NCBI GenBank assembly: GCA_007119965.1
Contig: SKOR01000037.1
Span: forward strand, 32,595 to 96,594
DNA length: 64,000 nt
Reading direction: 5' to 3'
DNA from: Syntrophomonadaceae bacterium
Lineage (GTDB): Bacteria; Bacillota; Dethiobacteria; DTU022
This document shows, one piece after another, positions 1-8,964 of the stretch. Position numbers and translations under genes: made by a program. Position 1 is the first letter of the stretch. Each line of letters opens with the position of its first letter. The notes below the pieces were generated by a model that did not search any database, had not been told where the DNA came from, and was given only the letters and a program-made list of their open reading frames with translations.

Positions 1-10
1 CTTATTAATC

Positions 11-1324
11 TTGCTGGTATCCTTTTCCTTTTATTTCGGCACTGCCACAGGTGACGCATATCCGCCTGAAACTCTGCTTGATTTGACATTATCCAACCTG
101 GTCAATGACCGGGAAGCCCCGTCTGCTGAAGAAGAGCCCCCAGAACCAGAACCCGAGGAAGAAGTGTTTGAGCCGGACCTGCGCTCAGTCAACTTGGCCG
201 TAACCGGTAATATTATGGCCCACATACCACAAATCGAGCAGGCCTATGTAGGCGATGGCCGCTACGATTTCACCCCCAGCTTCGAGATAATTGCCCCTTA
301 CCTGCAGAGTGCAGATATCACCGTTGGCGACCTGGAAGGCATGCAGGCAGGCCCGGAAATTGTTTCTGCCGGGTGGGGAGTCAGGGGTTACACGGGGTTC
401 CCGGAATTTAACGCCCCCCAGGAGCTATCAGAAGCGCTTTATGATGCCGGCGTTAACGTCTTCACCTTTGCCAACAACCATGCTTTAGACCGCGGTTACG
501 AGGGCCTGATGGTGACGCTGGACCATGTCCGCGGACTCGGGGCTGAAACAATCGGAGCTTATAAAAGCTGGGATGAGCGGAACACCCCGCTGATTATTGA
601 AAAAAACGGGATAAAAATCGCCCTGCTTGCTTACACCTACGGAACTAACGGCATCCGGGTTCCCGAGGGCCGCGAGTATTGCGTCAACCTTGTTCCCGAT
701 TTTTCCGATATTACACCCGTCCTCGAAGATATTGAAACCGCACGCCAAAACGGGGCCGAACTGGTGGCGGTATTCCCGCACTGGGGATCCGAACACAGTC
801 ATGAACCACAACCCCGGCGCCTCCGCGAGGTCGCCGAAGAAATGGCTGCCGCAGGCGCAGACCTGGTAATCGGCGGCCACCCGAAGTTCATTCAGCCTCT
901 TGAATGGTTTTTCAATGAAAATGAAGATGGCTCAAAACGGGCTACCCTGGCCGTCTACTCACAGGGCAACTTTATTTCCAACCAGCACGAAGCAGCCAAC
1001 AACACCCCTTATGTCGAGTACGGCCTTCTGCTGGATGTTGATTTAACCAAGAATTACGATACCGGTGAAGCCTGGATCAGTGATGTTAATTACGAAATAA
1101 CCTGGGTAGACCGGGAGTCGCGACACCGGGTCCTCCCTCTTTCCGATGTTTTCAGATCTTCGCCGGAAGTTTTCAACCTCAGCGAATCACGCATTGACCG
1201 CTTAAAAACAATCTACGATCGTACTATTGAAGTGATTGAAATGTACGGCTATCCTGAAGGCAAAGCCGAGGCTTTGAGTATATCCGATCGACTGGTCGAG
1301 AAAGCATGGAGGAACGACAATTGA
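11..1324 (+). CDS. CapA/PGA_cap family metallophosphatase-like protein (poly-gamma-glutamate/capsule synthesis family); possibly truncated at its 5' end by the window edge
   Basis: Conserved blocks FTFANNHALDRGYEG, LLAYTYGTNG, VFPHWGSEHSHEP, LVIGGHPKF are typical of CapA/YwtB-type proteins. The N-terminus is hydrophobic. The frame is open back to position 2, so the true start may lie upstream of the window. Confidence 0.7.
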   Translation: MLVSFSFYFGTATGDAYPPETLLDLTLSNLVNDREAPSAEEEPPEPEPEEEVFEPDLRSVNLAVTGNIMAHIPQIEQAYVGDGRYDFTPSFEIIAPYLQSADITVGDLEGMQAGPEIVSAGWGVRGYTGFPEFNAPQELSEALYDAGVNVFTFANNHALDRGYEGLMVTLDHVRGLGAETIGAYKSWDERNTPLIIEKNGIKIALLAYTYGTNGIRVPEGREYCVNLVPDFSDITPVLEDIETARQNGAELVAVFPHWGSEHSHEPQPRRLREVAEEMAAAGADLVIGGHPKFIQPLEWFFNENEDGSKRATLAVYSQGNFISNQHEAANNTPYVEYGLLLDVDLTKNYDTGEAWISDVNYEITWVDRESRHRVLPLSDVFRSSPEVFNLSESRIDRLKTIYDRTIEVIEMYGYPEGKAEALSISDRLVEKAWRNDN

Positions 1325-2544
1325 ACATAGGCGTTTTTACAGACAGTTTCCGCCCCTATACCAGCGGCGTGGTCAGATCAATTGAGCTGTTTTCGCGGGA
1401 ATTCAAATCACTGGGGCACGAGGTATATATTTTCGGGCCTGACTACCCCATGCTTAATCCCCCTAAGGAAGAGGGAGTATTTCGCTTTATTTCGGTACCC
1501 TGGCCGATCAATCCTGATTTTTCACTGCCCATACCGTTCTCAACCCATCTCGGTGCTACAATCAGGCATCTGGAGCTGGACATTATCCATGCCCACTCCC
1601 CTTTCCTGCTCGGAAGGCTGGGGGCAAGGGCTGCTCGTCGCCATAAACTACCCCTGGTTTTTACATTCCATACCCTCTACGATCAGTATGTCCACTATTT
1701 TCCTTTTGCCGAAAAAACTTCGAAACAGGTAGTACAGAACATCGCCCGCAATTTCTGCAACCGCTGCAACATGGTAGTTGCCCCGTCGCAGCTGGTCGTC
1801 AATTACCTGCGCAGGATCGGCGTGGAAGCTCCGCTGGTCAATATTCCCACGGGCGTTGACCTTAATGAATTCAGCGGCGCCGATCAAAACTGGCTGAGAG
1901 ATAACTACGGCATTAAACCGGAAGAAAAAGCGCTCCTTTTTGTCGGCCGCCTCGGCAAGGAGAAAAATGTTACCTTCCTGATGAAGTCTTTCCAGATTGT
2001 CCAGGAGCAGTTTCCCGAAACACGCCTGGTTTTGGTCGGCAAAGGGCCCCAGGAAAACTACCTGCGAAAAATGAGCAGCCAGATGGGCCTGGCCGATAAA
2101 GTTATCTTCACGGGAGTCCTGCCGCGCCAGACCATTGTCCACTGCTACGCCAGCGCAGATCTCTTTGTCTTTCCATCCGTAACAGAAACGCAGGGCCTGG
2201 TAATAGGCGAAGCCAAGGCCACAGGCCTGCCCGTGGTCGCTATCCGCGCTTTCGGCCCGGCGGAAATGGTGGCCCACGGTGAAGACGGCATATTAACCGA
2301 TCCCTCCATTCCCGCCTTCACTGAAGGGATTCTCTCCATTCTGAAAGATCGGGAGCTATATGACAGGATGAGCAGGCAGGCTTATGAAAATGCCGCCCTG
2401 GTTTCCTCCAGGTACTGCGCGGAGAGAACGATCGAGGTTTACCAGGATCTTATAGACGACAAAGCCATAGCCACCCGTAAATGGAAACCTTACAAAAAAA
2501 AGCGGGGAGGGCGTAATTCGGGCGGCAGTAACCACTACCGGTGA
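1306..2544 (+). CDS. Glycosyltransferase family 4 (diacylglycerol glycosyltransferase-like)
   Basis: N-terminus NIGVFTDSFRPYTSGVV resembles MGDG/DGDG-type lipid glycosyltransferases. A C-terminal GT4 EX7E-like block ETQGLVIGEAKATGLPVVA is present. The gene overlaps the preceding gene by 19 nt, suggesting co-transcription. Confidence 0.75.
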   Translation: MEERQLNIGVFTDSFRPYTSGVVRSIELFSREFKSLGHEVYIFGPDYPMLNPPKEEGVFRFISVPWPINPDFSLPIPFSTHLGATIRHLELDIIHAHSPFLLGRLGARAARRHKLPLVFTFHTLYDQYVHYFPFAEKTSKQVVQNIARNFCNRCNMVVAPSQLVVNYLRRIGVEAPLVNIPTGVDLNEFSGADQNWLRDNYGIKPEEKALLFVGRLGKEKNVTFLMKSFQIVQEQFPETRLVLVGKGPQENYLRKMSSQMGLADKVIFTGVLPRQTIVHCYASADLFVFPSVTETQGLVIGEAKATGLPVVAIRAFGPAEMVAHGEDGILTDPSIPAFTEGILSILKDRELYDRMSRQAYENAALVSSRYCAERTIEVYQDLIDDKAIATRKWKPYKKKRGGRNSGGSNHYR

Positions 2545-2627
2545 AGGCCCTGCTTTTTAGGGACCCGTGTTAACCCATATAATATTCTTACCCGGCAATG
2601 GTGGCTTACCCATCCGGTGATCAAACC

Positions 2628-2656
2628 TTGCTAAGCTCAGGTTATTTCAGTATAAT
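2628..2656 (+). promoter_or_regulatory. Sigma-A type promoter for tRNA-Gln (-35 TTGCTA, 17-nt spacer, -10 TATAAT)
   Basis: TTGCTA at 2628-2633 and TATAAT at 2651-2656 are separated by 17 nt. The tRNA 5' end follows 12 nt downstream. Confidence 0.5.
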
Positions 2657-2667
2657 ATACAATGCAA

Positions 2668-2741
2668 TGCGGGATGGTGTAGCGGTAGCACGGATGACTC
2701 TGACTCATCAAGCCTAGGTTCGATCCCTAGTCCCGCAGCCA
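2668..2741 (+). tRNA. tRNA-Gln (anticodon CUG)
   Basis: Folded by hand. Acceptor stem UGCGGGA/UCCCGCA with a U1-A72 pair and G73 discriminator, typical of bacterial tRNA-Gln. D-stem GUGU/GCAC. Anticodon stem GAUGA/UCAUC with loop CUCUGAC, giving anticodon CUG. T-arm CUAGG-UUCGAUC-CCUAG. An encoded CCA follows. Confidence 0.85.
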
Positions 2742-2853
2742 TAACAAAATAATCAGCCCGCTGTTTTAAACTCTGCAGTGGGCTGATTGTCTGTCACCGG
2801 TAACCGGGAAATTATCCCGGAAAACACTTATATCAATTAAAGGAGGGCGAGCT

Positions 2854-2970
2854 TTGTTTAACTTAATAATCGGCCTGATTCTCATTGCAGTTTTCTTCGT
2901 TTTGTTTTTTATGCTCAAACGGGGTTACGATGATCGGGAAGTGCAAAAAAACAAGGACAACAAACAGTAA
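2854..2970 (+). CDS. Hypothetical small hydrophobic peptide (38 codons, TTG start); not in the ORF track
   Basis: A strong SD AAAGGAGGG lies 7 nt upstream of the TTG. The product (M)FNLIIGLILIAVFFVLFFMLKRGYDDREVQKNKDNKQ has a single TM-like segment and a basic tail. Confidence 0.35.
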   Translation: MFNLIIGLILIAVFFVLFFMLKRGYDDREVQKNKDNKQ

Positions 2971-2984
2971 CCTTTAAGAAAGCA

Positions 2985-4430
2985 CTAATTTAAACTTTCT
3001 ATATAGCCGATCGCCTTTTCCATCCTGGCGATCGTCTTTTCTTTTCCCAGTAGTTCCATGATCTCGAACAGGCCCGGGCCACCCATCCGCCCGGTTATGG
3101 CCAGGCGGGTCGGCTGGATCAACCGGCCGAATGAAAGCCCGCTCCTTTCACTGACGGCATGGTAGAGGGCTTCCGTGGATTCCATATTAAAAGTTTCAAG
3201 AGATCGAAGCTCCCCTGTCAAAGTGCGCAACAGCTCCGCTGTGCCTTCTTTTTGAAAAGCTTTCTTGACCCCCTTGGGATCATATTCGAAACGCCCGATA
3301 TAAAAATATTCCGCTGCATCAGCCAGCTCTACCAGCGTCCTGGCCCTCTCCCGCACTGCAGCAATCACCTTTTTCAAATAATCATAACCCTCAGCAGGTA
3401 AATCGCCCTCTACAAGGCCCCTCTTCCTGAAAAAGGGCAGGGCCGCTTCAGCCAGCTTCTCCGGATCATATTCGCGGATATAGTGGCCGTTCATCCAGGC
3501 CAGCTTGGCAACATCATAGATTGCAGCGGTTTTATTGACTCTCTGCAGAGTGAACGATTCAATCATTTCTTCAAGGCTTAAGATTTCACGGTCTTCGCCG
3601 GGCGACCAGCCCAGCAAAGCGATGTAATTGATCAGTGCTTCAGGCAGGTAACCTTCGTTGTAAAATTCTTCAACCGAGGTAGCCCCGTGCCGCTTGCTCA
3701 GTTTGCTGCGGTCGGGAGCCAGGATCATCGGCACATGGGAAAAGCGGGGCAATTCATAACCTAGGGCAAGGGCGCACAATATTTGGCGTGGTGTATTGGA
3801 GAGATGTTCCTCAGCGCGAATCACATCGGTTATTTTCATCTGCAGGTCGTCGACTATGCTGGCAAAGTTATAGGTCGGCTGACCGTTAGATTTGAGGATG
3901 ATAAAGTCGTCGAGCATTTCATTTTCAAAGCTAACTTCTCCCCTGATCTGATCATCGACTACCGTGGTGCCGTGGTCGGGAGTGCGCAGTCTTATAACGG
4001 CCCCCCTCCCCTCTTTGCGCAGGGACTCCTCTGCAGCCGGGGTTAAATTCCTGCAGGTTCCCGGGTAGAGGAAAGTCTTGTTTTCACCGCGGGCGGCATC
4101 GCGCGCCCTGGCCAGATCTTCTACTGAACAGTAGCAGCGGTAAGCTTTATTTTCGGCAAGCAGTCGTTCTGCTTCGCCGGTATATTCTTTAATCCGCCCG
4201 GACTGATAATAAGGACCCTCGTCCCATTCAAAGCCCAGCCAGTGCAGCGAGTCAATCAGTTTATCTATGTATTCGGCACGCGATCTTTCAAGGTCGGTAT
4301 CATCGATGCGCAGGACAAAAGTTCCGCCTGCTGACCTGACAAACAGCAGGTTGAACAGGGCGGTCCTGGCCCCGCCGATATGCAGTTCGCCGGTAGGGCT
4401 GGGTGCAAACCTCACTCGTACATTCGACAC
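2985..4430 (-). CDS. gltX: Glutamyl-tRNA synthetase
   Basis: N-terminal class I motif RFAPSPTGELHIGGARTALFN and a KLSKR (KMSKS-type) motif. The GTG start is preceded by AAAGAGGTG. The gene lies 26 nt downstream of the decarboxylase beta gene. Confidence 0.9.
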   Translation of the reverse strand: MSNVRVRFAPSPTGELHIGGARTALFNLLFVRSAGGTFVLRIDDTDLERSRAEYIDKLIDSLHWLGFEWDEGPYYQSGRIKEYTGEAERLLAENKAYRCYCSVEDLARARDAARGENKTFLYPGTCRNLTPAAEESLRKEGRGAVIRLRTPDHGTTVVDDQIRGEVSFENEMLDDFIILKSNGQPTYNFASIVDDLQMKITDVIRAEEHLSNTPRQILCALALGYELPRFSHVPMILAPDRSKLSKRHGATSVEEFYNEGYLPEALINYIALLGWSPGEDREILSLEEMIESFTLQRVNKTAAIYDVAKLAWMNGHYIREYDPEKLAEAALPFFRKRGLVEGDLPAEGYDYLKKVIAAVRERARTLVELADAAEYFYIGRFEYDPKGVKKAFQKEGTAELLRTLTGELRSLETFNMESTEALYHAVSERSGLSFGRLIQPTRLAITGRMGGPGLFEIMELLGKEKTIARMEKAIGYIESLN

Positions 4431-4449
4431 AAAAACACCTCTTTCTAAA

Positions 4450-5580
4450 TTAGAGCAGGATCGATAACAGGATGCCTGCTGCCACTGCAGAACCGATTAC
4501 ACCGGCCACGTTAGGCCCCATGGCATGCATCAGGAGGTAATTGTTCGGGTTTTCTTCTTTTCCGACTGCCTGGGATACACGGGCTGCCATCGGGACAGCT
4601 GAAACCCCGGCAGAACCGATCAAGGGGTTTATTTTACCTTTTGTTATAACATACAGCACTTTTCCCATCAAAACCCCCGTTGCTGTACCGAATGCAAACG
4701 CACCGAGGCCCAGCAGGATAATCTTGATCGTGTCGGGGGTCAGAAAGTAAGCGGCAGTTGCCTTGCCCCCCACTGTGATACCTAAAAATATAACCACTAT
4801 ATTATTCAGTTCGTTTTGGGCTGCCTTGCTTAACCGGTCAGTCACGCCGGTTTCCCTGATCAGGTTACCGAACATCAGCATACCCAAAAGAGGTAAAGCT
4901 GCCGGCAAAAGGAGCCCAGTAAGGATAATGACAATAATCGGAAATACAATTTTTTCCACTTTTGATACCGGCCTTAACTGCTCCATGACCACCTGGCGTT
5001 CCTGCTTGGTAGTCAGCAGGCGCATGATCGGCGGCTGAATGATCGGAACCAGGGCCATGTATGAATAGGCAGCTATCGCTATTGATCCAAGCAATTCCGG
5101 GGCCAGGCGGCTGGCCAGGAAAATAGCGGTGGGTCCGTCTGCTCCGCCGATAATACCGATTGCCCCGGCTTCCGGGGCAGTGAACCCCAGCAGCATGGCG
5201 CCGAGGAAAGTCAGGAATATCCCAAACTGGGCCGCCGCCCCGAGGAGAATTGTAATCGGATTGGCTATCAGGGGGCCGAAATCGGTCATCGCCCCGACAC
5301 CGAGAAAGATCAGCGGGGGATAAATCCCCAGTTCCAGTCCGAGAGACAGGTAGTAGAGCAAACCACCCGGGTCTCCACCCAGCTCGGGGACCATCAGGCC
5401 GCCAAGGGGAAGGTTTACCAGCAAAACGCCGAAGCCAATAGGAACCAGCAGCAGCGGCTCATATTTTTTGGCAATACCTAAATACAACAGGATACAGGCT
5501 GTGACGATCATGATTACGTCATTAATTTGCAGGTTGTAATAACCTGTCCCCCGGATAAATTCTATCAGCATATCAAACAA
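4450..5580 (-). CDS. Na+-translocating biotin-dependent decarboxylase beta subunit (OadB/GcdB/MmdB family)
   Basis: Polytopic membrane protein of 376 aa. It begins [18 protein letters not shown]..., which is characteristic of OAD_beta family proteins. Confidence 0.85.
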   Translation of the reverse strand: MFDMLIEFIRGTGYYNLQINDVIMIVTACILLYLGIAKKYEPLLLVPIGFGVLLVNLPLGGLMVPELGGDPGGLLYYLSLGLELGIYPPLIFLGVGAMTDFGPLIANPITILLGAAAQFGIFLTFLGAMLLGFTAPEAGAIGIIGGADGPTAIFLASRLAPELLGSIAIAAYSYMALVPIIQPPIMRLLTTKQERQVVMEQLRPVSKVEKIVFPIIVIILTGLLLPAALPLLGMLMFGNLIRETGVTDRLSKAAQNELNNIVVIFLGITVGGKATAAYFLTPDTIKIILLGLGAFAFGTATGVLMGKVLYVITKGKINPLIGSAGVSAVPMAARVSQAVGKEENPNNYLLMHAMGPNVAGVIGSAVAAGILLSILL

Positions 5581-5620
5581 CTCAGCTCAACCCCTTTCAG
5601 ATCTCTGGCAGACAGCTAAT

Positions 5621-6052
5621 TTATGACAAAACGATTAAGGGGTCTCCGCTGTTAACAGTATCGCCTTTTTTAACCAGCACTTCTTTTACGGTACCTGCCT
5701 GGGAAGCAGTCAATTCGTTTTCCATTTTCATTGCTTCCAAAACAAGCAGGACATCGCCGTTCTTTATTGTGTCCCCTACGCTGACTTTAACCTCAAGAAT
5801 CGAGCCGGGCATCGGGGCCTTGACATTAAAAGCGCCGCTTCCCCCGGGGGGCGGTGATTTTTTCGGCTGATCGTTTACGGGAGCGGCCGCTTCCGGCCTG
5901 GCGGGTGCAGGACCGGTTTGCGTCCGGGCTGCCGGGTCCCCGGAAGTTCTGTGATCGGGTGTTTCAGGGGAACCCTGTTTATCGTCCTCTTTCATTTCTT
6001 CAACCCGGACAGTGTATGATTGGCCGTCGACTGTTACTTTAAATGTTTTCAC
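5621..6052 (-). CDS. Biotin carboxyl carrier subunit of the decarboxylase (biotinyl domain)
   Basis: C-terminal EAMKM biotinylation motif, a Pro/Ala-rich linker, and an N-terminus MKTFKVTVDGQSYTV like 1.3S/MmdC/GcdC carriers. Confidence 0.85.
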   Translation of the reverse strand: MKTFKVTVDGQSYTVRVEEMKEDDKQGSPETPDHRTSGDPAARTQTGPAPARPEAAAPVNDQPKKSPPPGGSGAFNVKAPMPGSILEVKVSVGDTIKNGDVLLVLEAMKMENELTASQAGTVKEVLVKKGDTVNSGDPLIVLS

Positions 6053-6435
6053 TTTTTATTCCTCCTGGTTTCTTCTAACCTTTTTCTATGATCAAGCAGT
6101 TCTTTTCTGCCGATAATATGCCAGCTTGCTGAACCCGGGCTGCCGGAATGCTGCACTGCCACATTAAACCTGCTTCCGGTCGAAAGAGCGCCGCGTTCAT
6201 GCATATAGCTGTAAACTGCTGCAACAATGGCCGCTGTCCTGCGCCGATCTTCATCTTCAGCCGCTGCTTCTCCTGCTGTATCATGAGCAGGGGCTGTTTC
6301 GGCAGGTTTTAATTGCTCTTTTTTGTAAAATATCCGGTTAAAAACTATTAATATACCGTATAGTCCGGCCAGTGTAAAGATTACTACCAGAAAACCTATA
6401 ACCATAACCTGAAGAGCGAAATCGAAATTCTGCAT
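6049..6435 (-). CDS. OadG-like small membrane subunit of the decarboxylase
   Basis: Single N-terminal TM helix (VMVIGFLVVIFTLAGLYGILIVF) followed by a charged tail. It overlaps the biotin-carrier gene by 4 nt. Confidence 0.55.
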   Translation of the reverse strand: MQNFDFALQVMVIGFLVVIFTLAGLYGILIVFNRIFYKKEQLKPAETAPAHDTAGEAAAEDEDRRRTAAIVAAVYSYMHERGALSTGSRFNVAVQHSGSPGSASWHIIGRKELLDHRKRLEETRRNKK

Positions 6436-6632
6436 TAGTTAGTTTCTCCCTCCGCCAAAACATATAATAAATTTTATCACTTTCTTCCCATAATGAAAAG
6501 CTTAAGTTCTATTTTTGACTATACTATTTAAGCGCGTAAATATAGTACCGTTTTTCTTTTAAGCGTCGGGAGTTAGCTTTAACAGGCTGAAGAGATGACA
6601 GATTTAACCCGTCTTCCCGTTTTTGCAGATCT

Positions 6633-7454
6633 TTACCCGGCCTGTTCTTTTAGCTGTTCTAGATAGAAGTAAGGGACGGCAAAACGTGGGCTGTATAAGG
6701 GGCGCTGCAGGCTGTCGCCGTGGAAATCGGAACCGCCTGTAACCAGGAGCCCTTTATCATCGGCCATGGCCCTGTATTTGCCGGCCAGGGGTAAACCGTG
6801 ATCGGGATGGTATACTTCAATCCCTTTTAAGCCCAGGTGGATCAACTTATCGATATACTTGTGCCCGTCCCTTCCCGGGTGAGCAAAGACCGGAATAGCG
6901 CCCACTTCTGTAAGCAGCCCCATCACGGTCACGATCGAAGGGGTTTTCCGCGGAATAAAAGCAGGGCGGTTGCGGCCGAGGTACAGGGTAAACGCTTCAG
7001 CCAGGGTATGGACATACTTTTTTTTAAGCAGGACCCTGGCCAGGTGAAGGCGGCCCGGGGCAGCTGTGCCTGCTTCAGCACGCACTTCTTCCGGATTAAT
7101 CTTGAAACCTAAAAGTTTAAGTTTGGCCATCAGCATTTCCATCCGCCTGAACCTTTCCCGCTGCATGCCTTCCAGCGCAGCTTTCAACTGTTCACTGTAA
7201 CGCGGGTAGTAACCGAGAATGTGAAGCTCCTGCCCTTCATCCAGGACGCTTATCTCCACGCCGGGGATCAGCTCAAGACCCAGGCTGTGAGCAGCCCTTT
7301 CAGCTTCAGGAAGACCGTTAACAGTATCGTGATCAGTCAGTCCGGCGGCGGCAAGCCCGGCGGCGGCAGCCATCCTGAACAGTTCCTGCGGGCTGAACAG
7401 TCCGTCCGAAGCGTTACTGTGCATATGAAAGTCGACTTTTTTTTCCTGGTTCAT
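6633..7454 (-). CDS. PHP-domain phosphoesterase (TrpH/YciV-like)
   Basis: N-terminal VDFHMHSNASDG metal-binding motif and later HPD/H motifs of the PHP family. Confidence 0.75.
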   Translation of the reverse strand: MNQEKKVDFHMHSNASDGLFSPQELFRMAAAAGLAAAGLTDHDTVNGLPEAERAAHSLGLELIPGVEISVLDEGQELHILGYYPRYSEQLKAALEGMQRERFRRMEMLMAKLKLLGFKINPEEVRAEAGTAAPGRLHLARVLLKKKYVHTLAEAFTLYLGRNRPAFIPRKTPSIVTVMGLLTEVGAIPVFAHPGRDGHKYIDKLIHLGLKGIEVYHPDHGLPLAGKYRAMADDKGLLVTGGSDFHGDSLQRPLYSPRFAVPYFYLEQLKEQAG

Positions 7455-7607
7455 GAAAAAGGCCTCTCTTCTGCTTCACTTAAAAGCCGGCCTGCAAGTG
7501 CAGTCGGGCCCGTCATGTAAGGCCCACGCCTGTCACGGCGCCATTTTCCATGCCTGCAGGCGCGGAAATATCCAAAGGGTGCCGAATGATTTGCCGGCAG
7601 TTATAAT

Positions 7608-7645
7608 CAAAAAATCACCCTCCCTGGTTTAAATGAAGAGGGTGA
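7608..7645 (-). terminator. Rho-independent terminator downstream of spoVS
   Basis: On the minus strand, stem TCACCCTC/GAGGGTGA with a 15-nt loop is followed by UUUUUUG. Confidence 0.55.
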
Positions 7646-7678
7646 ATTTGATCCCTATTTTGTCGGCTTCAGGTATCT

Positions 7679-7939
7679 TCAGCGGGGTTCAATGATCAGC
7701 TTAATCGCTGTCCGCTCCTCGCCATCAATCTCGATATCCGTAAAAGCTGGAATACAAATCAGGTCAATACCTCCTGGAGCGACAAACCCTCTCGCTATTG
7801 CTACCGCTTTTACCGCCTGGTTCAATGCGCCTGCCCCGATAGTCTGAATCTCGGCTCCTCCCCGTTCCCTGAGGACCCCTGCAAGGGCCCCGGCTACAGA
7901 GTTGGGGTTAGATTTTGCTGAGACCTTTAATACTTCCAT
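7679..7939 (-). CDS. spoVS: Stage V sporulation protein S
   Basis: 86-aa protein MEVLKVSAKSNPNSVAGALAGVLRERG...IDLICIPAF matches SpoVS. Its position after rny-ymdB is conserved in Bacillus. Confidence 0.85.
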   Translation of the reverse strand: MEVLKVSAKSNPNSVAGALAGVLRERGGAEIQTIGAGALNQAVKAVAIARGFVAPGGIDLICIPAFTDIEIDGEERTAIKLIIEPR

Positions 7940-8032
7940 TACTATGTACCTCCTTTGCCTATTTTTTACTATATTCGCTATATTCTGCCGTTATCCTGCC
8001 TGAATTATATGAATTATGTATCATGCTGACAA

Positions 8033-8813
8033 TTATATAATATCATAGATTCTTTCGATGGCAATAGCCTTTCCGTTATCTTCGTCCAGTTCAACCAAAA
8101 CTGCGTTGAGCAGTTTTTTACCGTCTGAGATGGATAGCTTATGGGGCATTTGGGTCAGGAAACGCTTTAACGGCCCTTCCTTGTCTACTCCGAGGATCGA
8201 GTTATAAAGCCCGGCCATCCCCACATCGCTGATATAGGCCGTTTTTCCGGGCAATAATCTTTGATCTGCAGTTTGGACGTGGCTGTGTGTCCCGAGGACA
8301 GCGCTAACCCGGCCGTCCAGGTACCAGCCGAGAGCCTGCTTTTCAGATGTAGCCTCGGCATGGAAATCGACGATAATTACTTTTTCTTTCAGCTGCTTAA
8401 GCTCCCTGTCGGCAGCCCGGAAAGGACAGTCGACAGGCCGCATGAAGACCCGGCCGATCAGGTTTAATACCGCCAGACCCGGTTTTCCGCCGGATGCTTC
8501 TATTACTGCCGTGCCCTGCCCGGGCGTTGTTCCAGGAGGATAGTTCGCCGGCCTGATTATTCCCGGTTCGTGGCCGATAATCGAATAAATATCATTTTGA
8601 TCCCAAATGTGGTTACCGCCGGTTATGACATCAATACCCATGTCTCTCAGCTCGTTAAAGACTTTGCCGGTCAACCCGGCTCCCCCGGCAGCATTTTCGC
8701 CGTTGGCAATGATATAATCCGGGCTGTGAATCCGTTTTAATTCAGGAAGCCGCTGCTGCAGGCAGTTGCGGCCCGGTTTCCCGACGATATCACCGATAAA
8801 TAATACGCGCATT
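8033..8813 (-). CDS. ymdB: YmdB-family metallophosphoesterase (2',3'-cyclic-nucleotide phosphodiesterase, TIGR00282)
   Basis: MRVLFIGDIVGKPGR...ANGENAAGG...GNHIWD motifs. The ATG at 8813 is preceded by GGGAGTGGGG. The ORF-track start at 8917 is over-extended. Confidence 0.85.
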
Positions 8814-8964
8814 GAAACAACCCCACTCCCTGTTTTGCTACCGTCATGTAACTTGAACCATTCTTTACTGGTGCTGTTATTTCCTGCAGTACAGCAAGAA
8901 AGTGCCTTTAAGGGCACTTTCTTGTCAATATCGAGAGGCGGCGATCTGAAAGCTGAACCGCTTA

